Both the position numbers and the translations under genes were made by a program. Positions 7,740 to 18,000 of a stretch of DNA of 43,229 nt are shown in pieces; position 1 is the first letter of the stretch; every line of letters begins with the position of its first letter. Origin of the DNA: Candidatus Woesearchaeota archaeon. GTDB taxonomy: Archaea; Nanobdellota; Nanobdellia; SCGC-AAA011-G17; GW2011-AR20. The stretch spans positions 1-43,229 of the forward strand of contig JACOZR010000018.1 of NCBI GenBank assembly GCA_016181245.1, given 5' to 3'. The notes beneath the pieces are model-generated. The model was not told the origin of the DNA. It did no database searches and was given only the letters and a program-made list of their open reading frames with translations.

Positions 7740-9089
7740 CTTTTTCAAAAGATCCTTTTTTCCTGACCAGTCTAAAGCATATTTTAATACTTCTTGAATT
7801 GTGTTTACAGGGATAATTTCTATCTTTTTCTTGCTTTCTGGAGATAAAACAACATCTTTTAGGTTTGTTTGGGGGATTATAACTTTCTTTATGCCCGCTT
7901 CTATTGCTGCTTCTATTTTTGGAGTTACTCCTCCAATAGCCAGAACCTCTCCTCTAACTGAAAGAGAACCAGTCATAGCCACATCTTGTCTTACTGGAAC
8001 GTCCTTTAGTGCAGAAATAATCGCTGTTGCAACTGCTATGGAGGCTGAATCGCCTTCAACACCTGAGTCTGCTGTTTGTAGAAATTGAACAAAAATATCG
8101 TATTTTTCTTTGATATCTTCACCGAAGTTCTTCAAGATAATTGCTGAAACATTCTTTACTGCCTCTTTGGCTATTTTTCCTAATTGACCTGTAGCTATTA
8201 TTTCAGATTTTTTGCCTCCTGGTGTGATTTCTGATTCTATTGGGAGGACTATACCTGAGAAGCTTAATTCTGTGCCTATTACTGCTAGACCGTTAACTCT
8301 TCCTATTAATGTGCCTGTTGTGACTATGATTTGGTATTCCTTCTTGGTTTCTATGTATTTGTCTGCTATTTGCTGCTCTAGGGTTCTTGCCAATCTTTTT
8401 GCTTTTTCAATATGAATTGGTTCAACTAACTTTGATTTTTCTGCTATTGCGAAGTCTCCTGCTGCTCTTACTAGACCACCTAGTTCTCTTAATCTTAAAG
8501 TTAATTTTCCTGCTCTTGTTGATCTTTTTCTTGCTTCCTCTATAATTTTGATAACTGCGTTTTTTGAGAAATGTGGAATTTTCTTATCTTTCTTTACTTC
8601 TTGTGCTATGAATTGAGCGATCTTATAATGATTTTCTGGGGTATCATCCATTTCGTGATCCATATAAACTTCATAACCATAACCTCTGATTCTTGATCTT
8701 AATGCAGGATGCATATTTTTTACTGTCTCTAAGTTTCCTGAGGCAACTAGAATAAAATCGGTTGGAACTGGGTCGCTTCTTGTCATTGATCCTGAAGAGC
8801 GTTCTGATTGGCCTGTGATAGGGTATTTCTTTTCTTGCATGGCTGTTAAGAGCTCTTGCTGAGATCTTGGTGAAAGACTTGCAATTTCATCTACATAGAG
8901 AACTCCCCCAGATGATCTGTGGATAAAACCTGGAATTAAACGTTCATGAGCTGGAGTGCCTAAACCTCCTGAATTTTTGACTAGAATGTTATTAGCTAGT
9001 AAATTCCCTGATTCTGTTGTTAAATTGTACAAGTATCCTTTGTATGGGATTTTTTCTATTTTCTTGATTTTTTCTGTGGTGAGTTTCAT
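7731..9089 (-). CDS. lonB: LonB protease C-terminal half preceded by a 39-aa split-intein C fragment
   Basis: [12 protein letters not shown], Walker B LYVDE, arginine-finger region [11 protein letters not shown], catalytic Ser GDSAS and Lys GGVTPK. Confidence 0.95.
   Translation of the reverse strand: MKLTTEKIKKIEKIPYKGYLYNLTTESGNLLANNILVKNSGGLGTPAHERLIPGFIHRSSGGVLYVDEIASLSPRSQQELLTAMQEKKYPITGQSERSSGSMTRSDPVPTDFILVASGNLETVKNMHPALRSRIRGYGYEVYMDHEMDDTPENHYKIAQFIAQEVKKDKKIPHFSKNAVIKIIEEARKRSTRAGKLTLRLRELGGLVRAAGDFAIAEKSKLVEPIHIEKAKRLARTLEQQIADKYIETKKEYQIIVTTGTLIGRVNGLAVIGTELSFSGIVLPIESEITPGGKKSEIIATGQLGKIAKEAVKNVSAIILKNFGEDIKEKYDIFVQFLQTADSGVEGDSASIAVATAIISALKDVPVRQDVAMTGSLSVRGEVLAIGGVTPKIEAAIEAGIKKVIIPQTNLKDVVLSPESKKKIEIIPVNTIQEVLKYALDWSGKKDLLKKLG
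8973..9089 (-). mobile_element. Split intein C fragment (blocks F and G)
   Basis: [39 protein letters not shown] followed by Ser+1 (TCA at 8972-8970). Confidence 0.93.
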
Positions 9090-9195
9090 ATTAATTGATT
9101 GGATAAATGAATTTAAAAGATTAATGCTTTATTCTCTAAATGGGATTTCTTTTCCTTCTACCTTCAATATCTTAAGACTTGCTTTTTTATTCCAA

Positions 9196-10248
9196 TCATA
9201 CATCTTTTCTTTGCTGTTTGATGATTTCTAAGGAGTGTGGAGTTAAATTTAGTACTCTTAGTGTGGTTTCTTTATTTTTCGTATTAAATAAAACATCCCT
9301 ATATCTGTGATATTTTAAATTAATAAAGTCTTTTAATGTATTATTTAATCTTTCTTGTTTATATTTGCAGTATGTTAATCTTATCATTTGCACAAAATTG
9401 TAAAAATTATCTAGATCCTTGCTAATTTGTAACCTGAGCAAGCATTTGTCTGGATATTTCTTAGGATAACTTATTGAAATTGATCCTGTTCTTATATTTT
9501 TACTATTCAAATATTTTTGAATTTGAGATAGAAAGTTTATCTTATTTTCTCTTGAATTTATTGTTGTTTGTAAACCTATATCTAATGATGTCAATTGATT
9601 ATTATTTTTATGTATTGTAGGAGTTCCTAGCTCCCCCCCGAGAAAAGATGAAAAGAAGCTATCTGCTATTTTTTCGTTTATAAATATCCATTCTGGTATT
9701 TTAAATTCTATTTGTGATTTTCTCCCTATTGGTGCCCCTAATGCTTGAAATAATCTTATTACGTTTCTATTTGTATTTTGATAACACCATGAATGCCCAT
9801 ATCCTCCTGCTTCTATTATTCTTGAATTTGATTCTATTTCACTTCCGAAAATTGTTTTAAGATCTTCTCCGAACTCCTTTACTGCTTCTAATTCTGAACT
9901 TGATAGAAAAATTCCATTTAAATTACCAAATATTCCTCCGTCTCCAAATGTCGCCCCTAAAATCTTCGAAATTAATTGTACTCTTGAATCTTCTATTGTG
10001 AGGGGAATTAACCCTTTTTCTTTTAGCCAGTTAGCTGTTTGTATTGGGACTGGAATATGTTTCTTTGCATGCCACCATCTTGTTTTTCCGTATGACTGAT
10101 TTAGTAATTTTGCTATTTTTTTGTAACCAAAAGAAGGATTTTCTTCCTTGATTTTTATATATGTGTGATAGAGTCCGCATTGCTCTTGCTGTCTTGCATC
10201 GTATGTGTTGATCATATCTTGTTCTGTTAATACTATTTTGTTTTTCAT
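9196..10248 (-). CDS. Free-standing two-motif LAGLIDADG homing endonuclease with N-terminal HTH-like segment
   Basis: ILGATFGDGG and FFSSFLGGELG motifs about 100 aa apart; LGAPIGRK..IPEWI typical of intein-type endonucleases; GYKKIAKLL HTH-like. Confidence 0.9.
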   Translation of the reverse strand: MKNKIVLTEQDMINTYDARQQEQCGLYHTYIKIKEENPSFGYKKIAKLLNQSYGKTRWWHAKKHIPVPIQTANWLKEKGLIPLTIEDSRVQLISKILGATFGDGGIFGNLNGIFLSSSELEAVKEFGEDLKTIFGSEIESNSRIIEAGGYGHSWCYQNTNRNVIRLFQALGAPIGRKSQIEFKIPEWIFINEKIADSFFSSFLGGELGTPTIHKNNNQLTSLDIGLQTTINSRENKINFLSQIQKYLNSKNIRTGSISISYPKKYPDKCLLRLQISKDLDNFYNFVQMIRLTYCKYKQERLNNTLKDFINLKYHRYRDVLFNTKNKETTLRVLNLTPHSLEIIKQQRKDV

Positions 10249-10339
10249 AGTTTAATATTAGTATATGCTATTATATATAAATGTTTGTATTTTATAGTTA
10301 AATGATAACATTTAAAAATAATGAAACTTTTATAAGATT

Positions 10340-10480
10340 ATGAAAAAAATAGAGAAGGTTATGGTTTATTTTCCTGAAGATCTTTCTAAGAAGTTAAAAG
10401 AGATTGCTGAGAAGAATACTAGATCTATTTCGGGGCAAGTAGTTCATTATGTAAAACAGGGAATTAAGATGGAAGATTAA
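10340..10480 (+). CDS. Arc/CopG-like ribbon-helix-helix DNA-binding protein (46 aa)
   Basis: Below the ORF-track cutoff; translated by hand: MKKIEKVMVYFPEDLSKKLKEIAEKNTRSISGQVVHYVKQGIKMED*. TATA (TTTAAAA) at about 10311-10317. Confidence 0.85.
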   Translation: MKKIEKVMVYFPEDLSKKLKEIAEKNTRSISGQVVHYVKQGIKMED

Positions 10481-11497
10481 TTAAGATATTGTGATAACCC
10501 TATCAAATCTTGTCAATTTCTGTGCTTCTTTGTATATTATTTTTCCAAATCTTCTTACTGCCACTTTATGTTCCGGTGTTACTATTAATATTTTTCCTTT
10601 TTCTGTTATGAATTTTATTAGTTTTCCTTTGTAAAAATAACGGTTTGCCGATAATACTTCTACTTCTTCTGTATCTTTGCCTTTTTTTCCTAAAATAAAT
10701 AATTCTTTTTTGTTTGTAAAGAAGGCTTCATATTTTCCTTTCTTGATTAATTTGTTTCTATTTTTTTCAAATAAAGGATCTAATAACCCTTTTAGTTTTA
10801 TTTCTTGTAGAGTTTTAATTTCACTTTTTCCATTTTGTATTATTTTTACTACTTTTGTGTTAGGAAAAAAAGTTTGGAGCGGGTCATGAAGTACATCGCC
10901 GAATAATGCACCTGAATGAGCCCCCGTAGCATCGATGAAAGGTGCTTTCTTTGTTTTTGCATTATCAATTAAAAGCTTTGGTACTTTAAATTCTCCGTTC
11001 ATCTTGACTCTTTTATTTACATTGATGAATATAACAAAAGCTGCTAAAAATATCATCGATGAGATTAGTGAAGCTGCTGCTAGGATATCCCCGTATTGCT
11101 TTCTTACCCACCACGGGGTTATGATTGCTAAGATAATTAAAATAAAAAAGATAATATTTTGATTTTTGAAGGAAGCCATTAATTGTATTTTTGCTTTATC
11201 TACCATCGCTCTTCCCTGACCTCTTGGGACGGTTCTTATCTTGGGAACATTTTCGTCTGCATGATTGGGGTAAGAAAGAACGTCTACTAACTTTTCTTTT
11301 GGCAACAATTCTGCTAGAGCTTGGCCTAGAATACTCTTTCCGGTTCCTGGTTGGCCGATTAATAAAACATTTCTTCTTTGCTCTGCTGCCTTTTTTATGA
11401 TATTCTTGGCATTTTCCTGGCCAACTACTTGATCTATAATTCTTTCTGGAACTTTTATTTCTGATGTAGATTTAAAGTTGAGAAGATCTTTTGCCAT
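10481..11497 (-). CDS. lonB: LonB protease N-terminal half fused to a 130-aa split-intein N fragment
   Basis: DQVVGQE, Walker A GQPGTGKS, two TM helices, DATGAHSGALFGDVLHDPLQ, then intein sequence to the stop. Confidence 0.95.
   Translation of the reverse strand: MAKDLLNFKSTSEIKVPERIIDQVVGQENAKNIIKKAAEQRRNVLLIGQPGTGKSILGQALAELLPKEKLVDVLSYPNHADENVPKIRTVPRGQGRAMVDKAKIQLMASFKNQNIIFFILIILAIITPWWVRKQYGDILAAASLISSMIFLAAFVIFINVNKRVKMNGEFKVPKLLIDNAKTKKAPFIDATGAHSGALFGDVLHDPLQTFFPNTKVVKIIQNGKSEIKTLQEIKLKGLLDPLFEKNRNKLIKKGKYEAFFTNKKELFILGKKGKDTEEVEVLSANRYFYKGKLIKFITEKGKILIVTPEHKVAVRRFGKIIYKEAQKLTRFDRVITIS
10484..10873 (-). mobile_element. Split intein N fragment (blocks A and B)
   Basis: Block A TFFPNTKV (Thr codon ACT at 10873-10871); block B ILIVTPEHKV; ends KEAQKLTRFDRVITIS*, the usual split position. 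Confidence 0.92.
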
Positions 11498-11549
11498 AAC
11501 TATATTCTTAGAGATATAGTTTAAAACTATTTCGTTTATGTATTAAGAA

Positions 11550-11813
11550 CTAGATTACCTCTTCTTCTGCAATGACAATGTAATCGCCTATTGCTATTAC
11601 AGATGAAAAAGGAACCATTAGAAGATTGTCTTTATTTTTTTCTAGTTCTAAGCCTTCACAATAACCTGTCGGATTTTTTAGAAGTATATGAATAATTTCA
11701 CCTGTTTTCATTTCAAACTCTATGTCTGCGGCTTCACCAAACTTTTTACCTGTTTTAGATACTATAGTTTTTCCTAAAAGTTGCTTAGAATATTTTCTGT
11801 CGTCTTCTTTCAT
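11550..11813 (-). CDS. PRC-barrel domain protein (CdpB-like)
   Basis: LLGKTIVSKTGKKFG...VPFSSVIAIGDYIVI. Confidence 0.9.
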   Translation of the reverse strand: MKEDDRKYSKQLLGKTIVSKTGKKFGEAADIEFEMKTGEIIHILLKNPTGYCEGLELEKNKDNLLMVPFSSVIAIGDYIVIAEEEVI

Positions 11814-11899
11814 ATTAAATCTGCTTAATTTGAACTTGTTTATAAATATTGTTGTTTTTATAAAGTATTAATTGAACCCTTAGTATTTAATTATTATTT

Positions 11900-12292
11900 G
11901 ACCCTCAGACCATCATTTCTCTTGGAACTTGTGTATTTTGATTTACTTCTTATGGAAATCTTTTAATTTGCTTATTCTTTCGTTTATGGGCTTTAAACGC
12001 TTAATTTGACTTATTTTAGATATTTTTTAATAATTTTATTTTTATTTATCAGTAATTAATAATTCATAGAATTGGTTTATATGGTCTGTATTGTTGTTTT
12101 ATTGATATTTTTTTATTTTTCTTATTATTTTTATATATAAGTTTTTCTATATTATATTATATATCTATATTATATCTATTATAAAATATATATTATATCT
12201 GATGTTACCATTATTTAGTTCTATTTGAAATGGTGGGGTTATTTATAGATTTTTTAAATTTTAATTCTTGCATAGGAAATGTAGGTGGGGGA
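11900..12292. other. Probable replication origin oriC
   Basis: ORB-like boxes: minus-strand GTTCCAAGAGAAATGATGGTCTGAGGG (11928-11902), TTCTTATGGAAAT (11947-11959), GTTCTATTTGAAATGGTGGGG (12218-12238), CTTGCATAGGAAATGTAGGTGGGGG (12267-12291). They flank a very AT-rich tract and sit directly upstream of cdc6. Confidence 0.85.
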
Positions 12293-12344
12293 GTATATAT
12301 TTTTACATAACAATACTTATAAAAGGAATTTACTTCTAAAGATT

Positions 12345-13550
12345 ATGAAAAAGGGGCTATCTAATTTCTTTGAAGAATATCTTACTAAAAACCCTCTTTT
12401 TGTTAATAAAAAGGCTTTACAAGGGAATTTTACTCCAGATAATATTTCACATAGAGATGAACAAATTAAACAATTGGCAAGTATTCTTGCACCTGCTTTG
12501 CGAATGGAAAAACCAAGTAATGTATTTTTGTATGGAAAAACTGGAACAGGAAAAACATGTGTTACTCAATACATAACTTCACAAATTTTTGACCTTAGCA
12601 AAAAAAAGAACTTGGATTTAAAGATTTGTTATCTCAATTGCAAACTAAAAAAAGTTGCAGATACAGAGTATAGATTAATGGCTGAACTTGCTAGAAATTT
12701 TGATGTTGAAGTTCCTGCTACAGGATTACCTACAGAAGAGGTTTACAAAATTTTTGTTAAGGCTATAGATAGTAATGAAAAAAAGCTTATTTTATTAATA
12801 CTTGATGAAATAGACCAGCTCGTAAGTAGAGTAGGAGATGGTGTTTTATACAATCTTACAAGACTTAATTCTGAACTTAAGAATTGTGAATTAAGCGTAA
12901 TTGGTATAAGTAACGATTTGCTTTTTACAGATGATTTAGACCCTAGAATAAAATCTAGTTTGAGTGAAGAAGAGCTTGTATTTCCCCCTTATAATGCAAT
13001 TCAATTACAAGATATTTTGAGAGAAAGATCTGCTATAGCTTTTCGTGAAAATGTAATTGAATCAGGCGTTATTGAGAAATGTGCTGCTTATGCTGCAAGA
13101 GAACATGGAGATGCAAGAAGAGCTTTGGAACTTTTGAGAGTTTCTGGTGAACTTGCAGAAAGATCAAATAGTGAAATTATAAAAATTAAACATATAGATG
13201 AAGCAGAAGAAAAAATTGAGAAAGATACTGTGCTTGATGTTGTTAAGACTCAACCGAAACAAAGTCAAATTGCCCTATATTCTATTTTAAAAGTTTGCAC
13301 CAATGAAAATCATATCTTTACAGGAGATGTTTATGATTATTATAAAGATATTTGTAGACAGGTTGGTGCAAAATCATTAACACAAAGAAGAATTAGTGAT
13401 ATTATAGCAGAGTTAGACATGTTTGGGATTATACATGCCCGTGTTGTTAGTAAAGGTAGATATGGTAGAACAAAAGAGATTACCTTAGGTATTCCGTTAT
13501 CAACTCTTCCAAAATTAGAGGAAACATTGAAGGAGGGTCTTGGTCTTTAG
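12345..13550 (+). CDS. cdc6: Orc1/Cdc6 replication initiator
   Basis: Walker A GKTGTGKT, Walker B ILDEID, GDARRA sensor 2, C-terminal wH SKGRYGRT. Start moved to ATG 12345 (TATA at about 12316-12324). Confidence 0.97.
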   Translation: MKKGLSNFFEEYLTKNPLFVNKKALQGNFTPDNISHRDEQIKQLASILAPALRMEKPSNVFLYGKTGTGKTCVTQYITSQIFDLSKKKNLDLKICYLNCKLKKVADTEYRLMAELARNFDVEVPATGLPTEEVYKIFVKAIDSNEKKLILLILDEIDQLVSRVGDGVLYNLTRLNSELKNCELSVIGISNDLLFTDDLDPRIKSSLSEEELVFPPYNAIQLQDILRERSAIAFRENVIESGVIEKCAAYAAREHGDARRALELLRVSGELAERSNSEIIKIKHIDEAEEKIEKDTVLDVVKTQPKQSQIALYSILKVCTNENHIFTGDVYDYYKDICRQVGAKSLTQRRISDIIAELDMFGIIHARVVSKGRYGRTKEITLGIPLSTLPKLEETLKEGLGL

Positions 13551-13551
13551 T

Positions 13552-15066
13552 ATGCTAAGCGCAAAAGATTATCAAAAAACTGTTTATGATTTTTTTTTAT
13601 CTAAAGGTTTTTTAGTTAGTCCTAGTTTTCTTCAATGTATCTCTGAAGATTTTGATATTGATGAGTTTTATCTAAAACTGAAAAGATATACCCCTGTTCC
13701 ATTTGTTCTTACGGATGAGCTTTTTTTAAAAATAAATGAAGAAAAAAAAGAGTTTACAGAAGAGAAAAAACAAGAAGTTGAAATAATTTCCTTTGATATT
13801 TCTAGAGAACCCAGGGTAGTTGTTGTCAAGAATTATACTGAAAAAAATAAGAAAAAAGAGGTCATGGATTTTGTAAATTATTACAGGGCAAGATATAATG
13901 CCATAAAAAACATTCTTATTAATAGACAAGAACTACAAAATGCGGTTTCAATAAATAGGATTCTTCAAAGAACAGAAAAAGATTTTGTGGCTTTAATAGG
14001 GATTGTGAAAGAGAAGAAAATAAGTAAAAATGGAAATATCATTCTTGTACTTGAAGATCTTACCGGAACCATATCTGTTGTGATTAATAAAAACAAACAG
14101 GAATTTTTTTCTTTGTCACAGGACATACTTCTAGATGAGATAATCGGAGTTTCTGGTGTAAATAGTGATAAAGTTGTGTTTGCAAATGAAATAATTCTTC
14201 CAGAGATACCTATAAATAATGAGCTTAAGAAATCTGATGTTGAGGAATATGTTGTTTTTACGTCTGATTTACATGTTGGCAGTAAAATGTTTTTTGAAAC
14301 TAATTTTTTAAAATTCATTTCCTGGATTAATGGGGAATATGGGAGTGATGAGCATAAAACTTTAGCAAAGAAAGTTAAATACCTGTTCATAGGGGGGGAT
14401 CTTGTTGAAGGTGTAGGAATCTATCCTGGGCAAGAAGGGGATCTTGTTATTAAAGATGTTTATGAACAATATTCTAAGCTTACAGACTACATTTCAAAAA
14501 TAAGAAAAGATTTACCAATAATTGTAATAGGCGGGAATCATGATGCTCTTAGACTGAGTGAACCACAACCTCCGATTGATCCTAAAATGGCACCTTCTCT
14601 TTACGAGCTCAAAAATATAACTTTTGTTACTAATCCTTCTGTTGTAAATATTGGTTCTACTGAACTTTTTAGCGGCTTCAATGTTCTCCTTTATCATGGA
14701 GGAAGCTTTCCATATCTTTCTGAAAATGTGGATAGTATAAGGAGAAATGGAAGACTCAACAGACCAGATTTGATTATGAAATACTTATTACAAAGAAGAC
14801 ATCTTTCAGTTAGTCACACATCTACTTTGTATGTGCCTGGTGACGAAGACTTCTTGGTTATAGATAAGGTGCCAGATTTTTTTATTAGTGGGCATATTCA
14901 CAAAACTATTTTGAATAGTTACAGGAATGTTACCCTTGCTGCTTGCGGCTGTTGGACTGGGCAAACCGATGATCAGGCTAGAAGAGGTATTGTTCCTGAT
15001 CCAAACAGAATTATCCTTGTTAATCTGCAAACAAGAGAGCCAAAAATTTTGAACTTTGAGGAATAA
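13552..15066 (+). CDS. polB: DNA polymerase D small subunit (DP1)
   Basis: OB fold, then phosphoesterase motifs SDLHVGS, GDLVEG, GNHD, YHG, GHIH. An in-frame TTG at 13540 is an alternative start. Confidence 0.96.
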   Translation: MLSAKDYQKTVYDFFLSKGFLVSPSFLQCISEDFDIDEFYLKLKRYTPVPFVLTDELFLKINEEKKEFTEEKKQEVEIISFDISREPRVVVVKNYTEKNKKKEVMDFVNYYRARYNAIKNILINRQELQNAVSINRILQRTEKDFVALIGIVKEKKISKNGNIILVLEDLTGTISVVINKNKQEFFSLSQDILLDEIIGVSGVNSDKVVFANEIILPEIPINNELKKSDVEEYVVFTSDLHVGSKMFFETNFLKFISWINGEYGSDEHKTLAKKVKYLFIGGDLVEGVGIYPGQEGDLVIKDVYEQYSKLTDYISKIRKDLPIIVIGGNHDALRLSEPQPPIDPKMAPSLYELKNITFVTNPSVVNIGSTELFSGFNVLLYHGGSFPYLSENVDSIRRNGRLNRPDLIMKYLLQRRHLSVSHTSTLYVPGDEDFLVIDKVPDFFISGHIHKTILNSYRNVTLAACGCWTGQTDDQARRGIVPDPNRIILVNLQTREPKILNFEE

Positions 15067-18000
15067 ATGAAAGAATACCACAAATCTTTACAACTTGAAC
15101 TAAACAAAACGTATGATGTAGCTGTGAAAGCTAGAAGTAAATGCCTTGATCCTAGTCCCTATGTAGAAATTCCCGTAGCAAAAAATATGGCCGAAAGAGT
15201 AGAAGGTTTGATCAGTGTTGCAGCGCCAGAAATTAGAGGTTGTGGTGTGGTAGAACGTATTCAGGAACTTGAAAAAAAATATGGGAAGCTAAATTGGAGA
15301 GTTGCTTTGCAAGTTTCTGAGGAAGTAGCGCAAGAAACCTTTTGTAAGTTTACTGATAAGAAAAAAGCTATGGAAGTAGCAATACGTGTTGGAATAGCTT
15401 ATGTTACTAATGGAGTTGTTTCTAGTCCTTTAGAAGGATTTACAGAGCTAAAGATTAAGAAACGAAGGGATGGAAAAGAATATTTTGCTTTGTATTTTTC
15501 TGGGCCCATTAGAAGTGCCGGCGGAACTGGTGCTAGTGTGTCTGTAATTATCGGAGATTATGTTCGAAAGAAAATGGGATACAGCGAGTATGATCCTACT
15601 GAGGAGGAAGTTAAGAGAATGAATACTGAGCTTTATGATTATCATGAAAAAGTAACTAACTTGCAATACCTGCCAAGTGAAGAAGAACTAGAATTTATGG
15701 TTAGGCACCTTACAGTGCAAATAGATGGAGATCCCAGCGAGAAATATGATGTTAGCAACTATAAGGATCTTGACAGGATAGAGACAAATAAAATAAGAAA
15801 TGGACCTTGCCTTGTTTTGGGGGAGGGTTTATGCCAAAAAGCTCCAAAGTTATGGAAACAGATAGACAAATGGGGTAATGATTTTGATCTTGTACATTGG
15901 AGATTCTTGGAAGAATTTTTAAATTTACAGAAAAAAATTAAATCTAAAGGAGTTATTAAATCAGAAAATAAAGATAATCTGAAGATTAAACCCGATTTTA
16001 CATTTATCAAGGATTTGGTTGCAGGCAGGCCTGTACTTACTCACCCTTTAAGGGTTGGTGGTTTTAGGTTACGTTATGGTAGGGCAAGAAATACTGGGTT
16101 AAGTTCTAATGCAATTCATCCTGCTACTATGTACGTTACTAATAACTTTATTGCAATTGGTACGCAAATCAAAATGGAGAGACCTGGAAAAGCTAGTGCA
16201 CTCAGTATTTGCGATACTATTGAAGGACCTATTGTCAAACTGAAAAATCAAAGTGTTCTATTATTGAATAATGTAGAAGATGCAAAGCATTATGCTCCAG
16301 AAGTCGAAGAGATTATATTTTTGGGAGATATTCTGGTAAGCTATGGCGACTTTTTTAACAGAGCGCATCCTCTTGTTCCTTGCGGATATAATGAAGAATG
16401 GTGGCTCAGAGAACTAGAAGACAAAATTGAAAAAAAATTTGATAACGATATAGATAAACTTGCTTCTTCTATGGGGGTAGATAAATCAATATTAAAAAAT
16501 ATTTTTTTTGAACCTTCTAGTATTTCATTTGATAATTCTGTTAAGCTTTCTAGATTATTGGATATACCCCTTGCTCCAAGATTTACATACCATTGGGCGG
16601 ATATAAATCATGAACAATTTTTAAGTTTACTTTCCTGGTTAAGCGAAAGAAGGATTGAAAATGAAAATATAGTTCTTCCTTTTATATATGATTTGAATTC
16701 AGCATTATCTGATGCAGATCCAAAACGCATACTTGAACTTTTAGGTGTTCCTCACCTTGTTGCAGGCAAGAATCATGTAATCATAAGTGGCGAAGATGCG
16801 CAAGCTTTTTCTTTTTCATTGAATGAATTTATTATACCTCTTGAGGATATCAAAGATGCAAAAAATGGACTTGATATAGTTAACAAGATATGCCCTGTTA
16901 CCATAAGAGACAAATCCGGAACATTTATTGGAGCTAGAATGGGCAGACCTGAAAAAGCTAAAATAAGAAAGCTTACTGGTAGTCCACACTGTCTTTTTCC
17001 TATAGGGGAACAAGGAGGAAGGATGCGTTCTTTTCAAAGTGCAATTGAAAAAGGATATGTTAAAGGAGATTTTCCTCTTTACAAATGTTTGAATTGCAAT
17101 ATTGATTCTATATTTTCTATTTGTATAAAATGTAATTCAAAAACTGAGAAGTTTTATTCTTGTCAAGCATGTGCCAAAGATGTAACTACATGTACCCATA
17201 AAGAAGTAAGGAAGAATTACAAATACAGAGAAATTCCTATTAGAGACTATATGGATTATGCCCAGAATAATCTTAATCTAAAAGGATTACCGGATCTTAT
17301 AAAGGGTGTTAGAGGATTAAGTAGTAAAGATCATATACCAGAAAATCTTATGAAAGGCATATTAAGAGCAGTAAATGAAGTTTATGTTAACAAAGATGGT
17401 ACTGTGAGATATGATGCAACTGAACTTACAATTACACACTTTAGACCTTTTGAAATAGGCGTTACTATAGAAAAACTCAAGTCTCTTGGTTATTTAACAG
17501 ATACCTACGGGAATCCATTGGAAGAGGATACACAGATAGTTGAACTCAAACCACAAGATGTAATTATTCCATCTTGTAAAGACTCTCTAGATGAAGGAGG
17601 AGATGATATACTTCTAAGGTCTAGCAAATTCATAGATGATTTGTTAAAACATATGTATGGAATGGATACTTTTTATAATGCTGATCAAAGACAAGACCTA
17701 GTGGGACATTTGGTTTTGTCTATAGCCCCACACATTTCTGCAGGAATTGTCTGTAGAATAGTTGGTTTTAGTAATACCCAGGGATTTTATGCTCATCCGA
17801 TGCTTCATTGTGCAGTTAGAAGAGATGCGGATGGTGATGAAATTGCATTTACTTTACTTTTAGATGCTTTGCTTAACTTTTCTAGAGCATATTTACCTGC
17901 TCATAGGGGGGCTACACAAGATGCACCTTTAGTTCTTAGTTCTACACTTATACCTAGCGAGATTGATGATATGGCTTTCGATGTTGATATTGCACCTAAA

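Noticed and set aside
9129-9203. 24-codon ORF (MYDWNKKASLKILKVEGKEIPFRE) overlapping the endonuclease stop on the minus strand
   Set aside because: Too short with no motif. It may be a frameshifted endonuclease tail, but this cannot be supported from sequence alone.
9196-10873. A single cis intein broken by a sequencing frameshift
   Set aside because: IntN and the endonuclease are separated by 232 bp containing an intact antisense gene and two TATA elements, and IntC has its own ATG and TATA. One indel cannot join them.
12285-12344. N-terminal extension of Cdc6 from the GTG at 12285
   Set aside because: It overlaps an ORB G-string and the TATA box. ATG 12345 fits a leaderless start.
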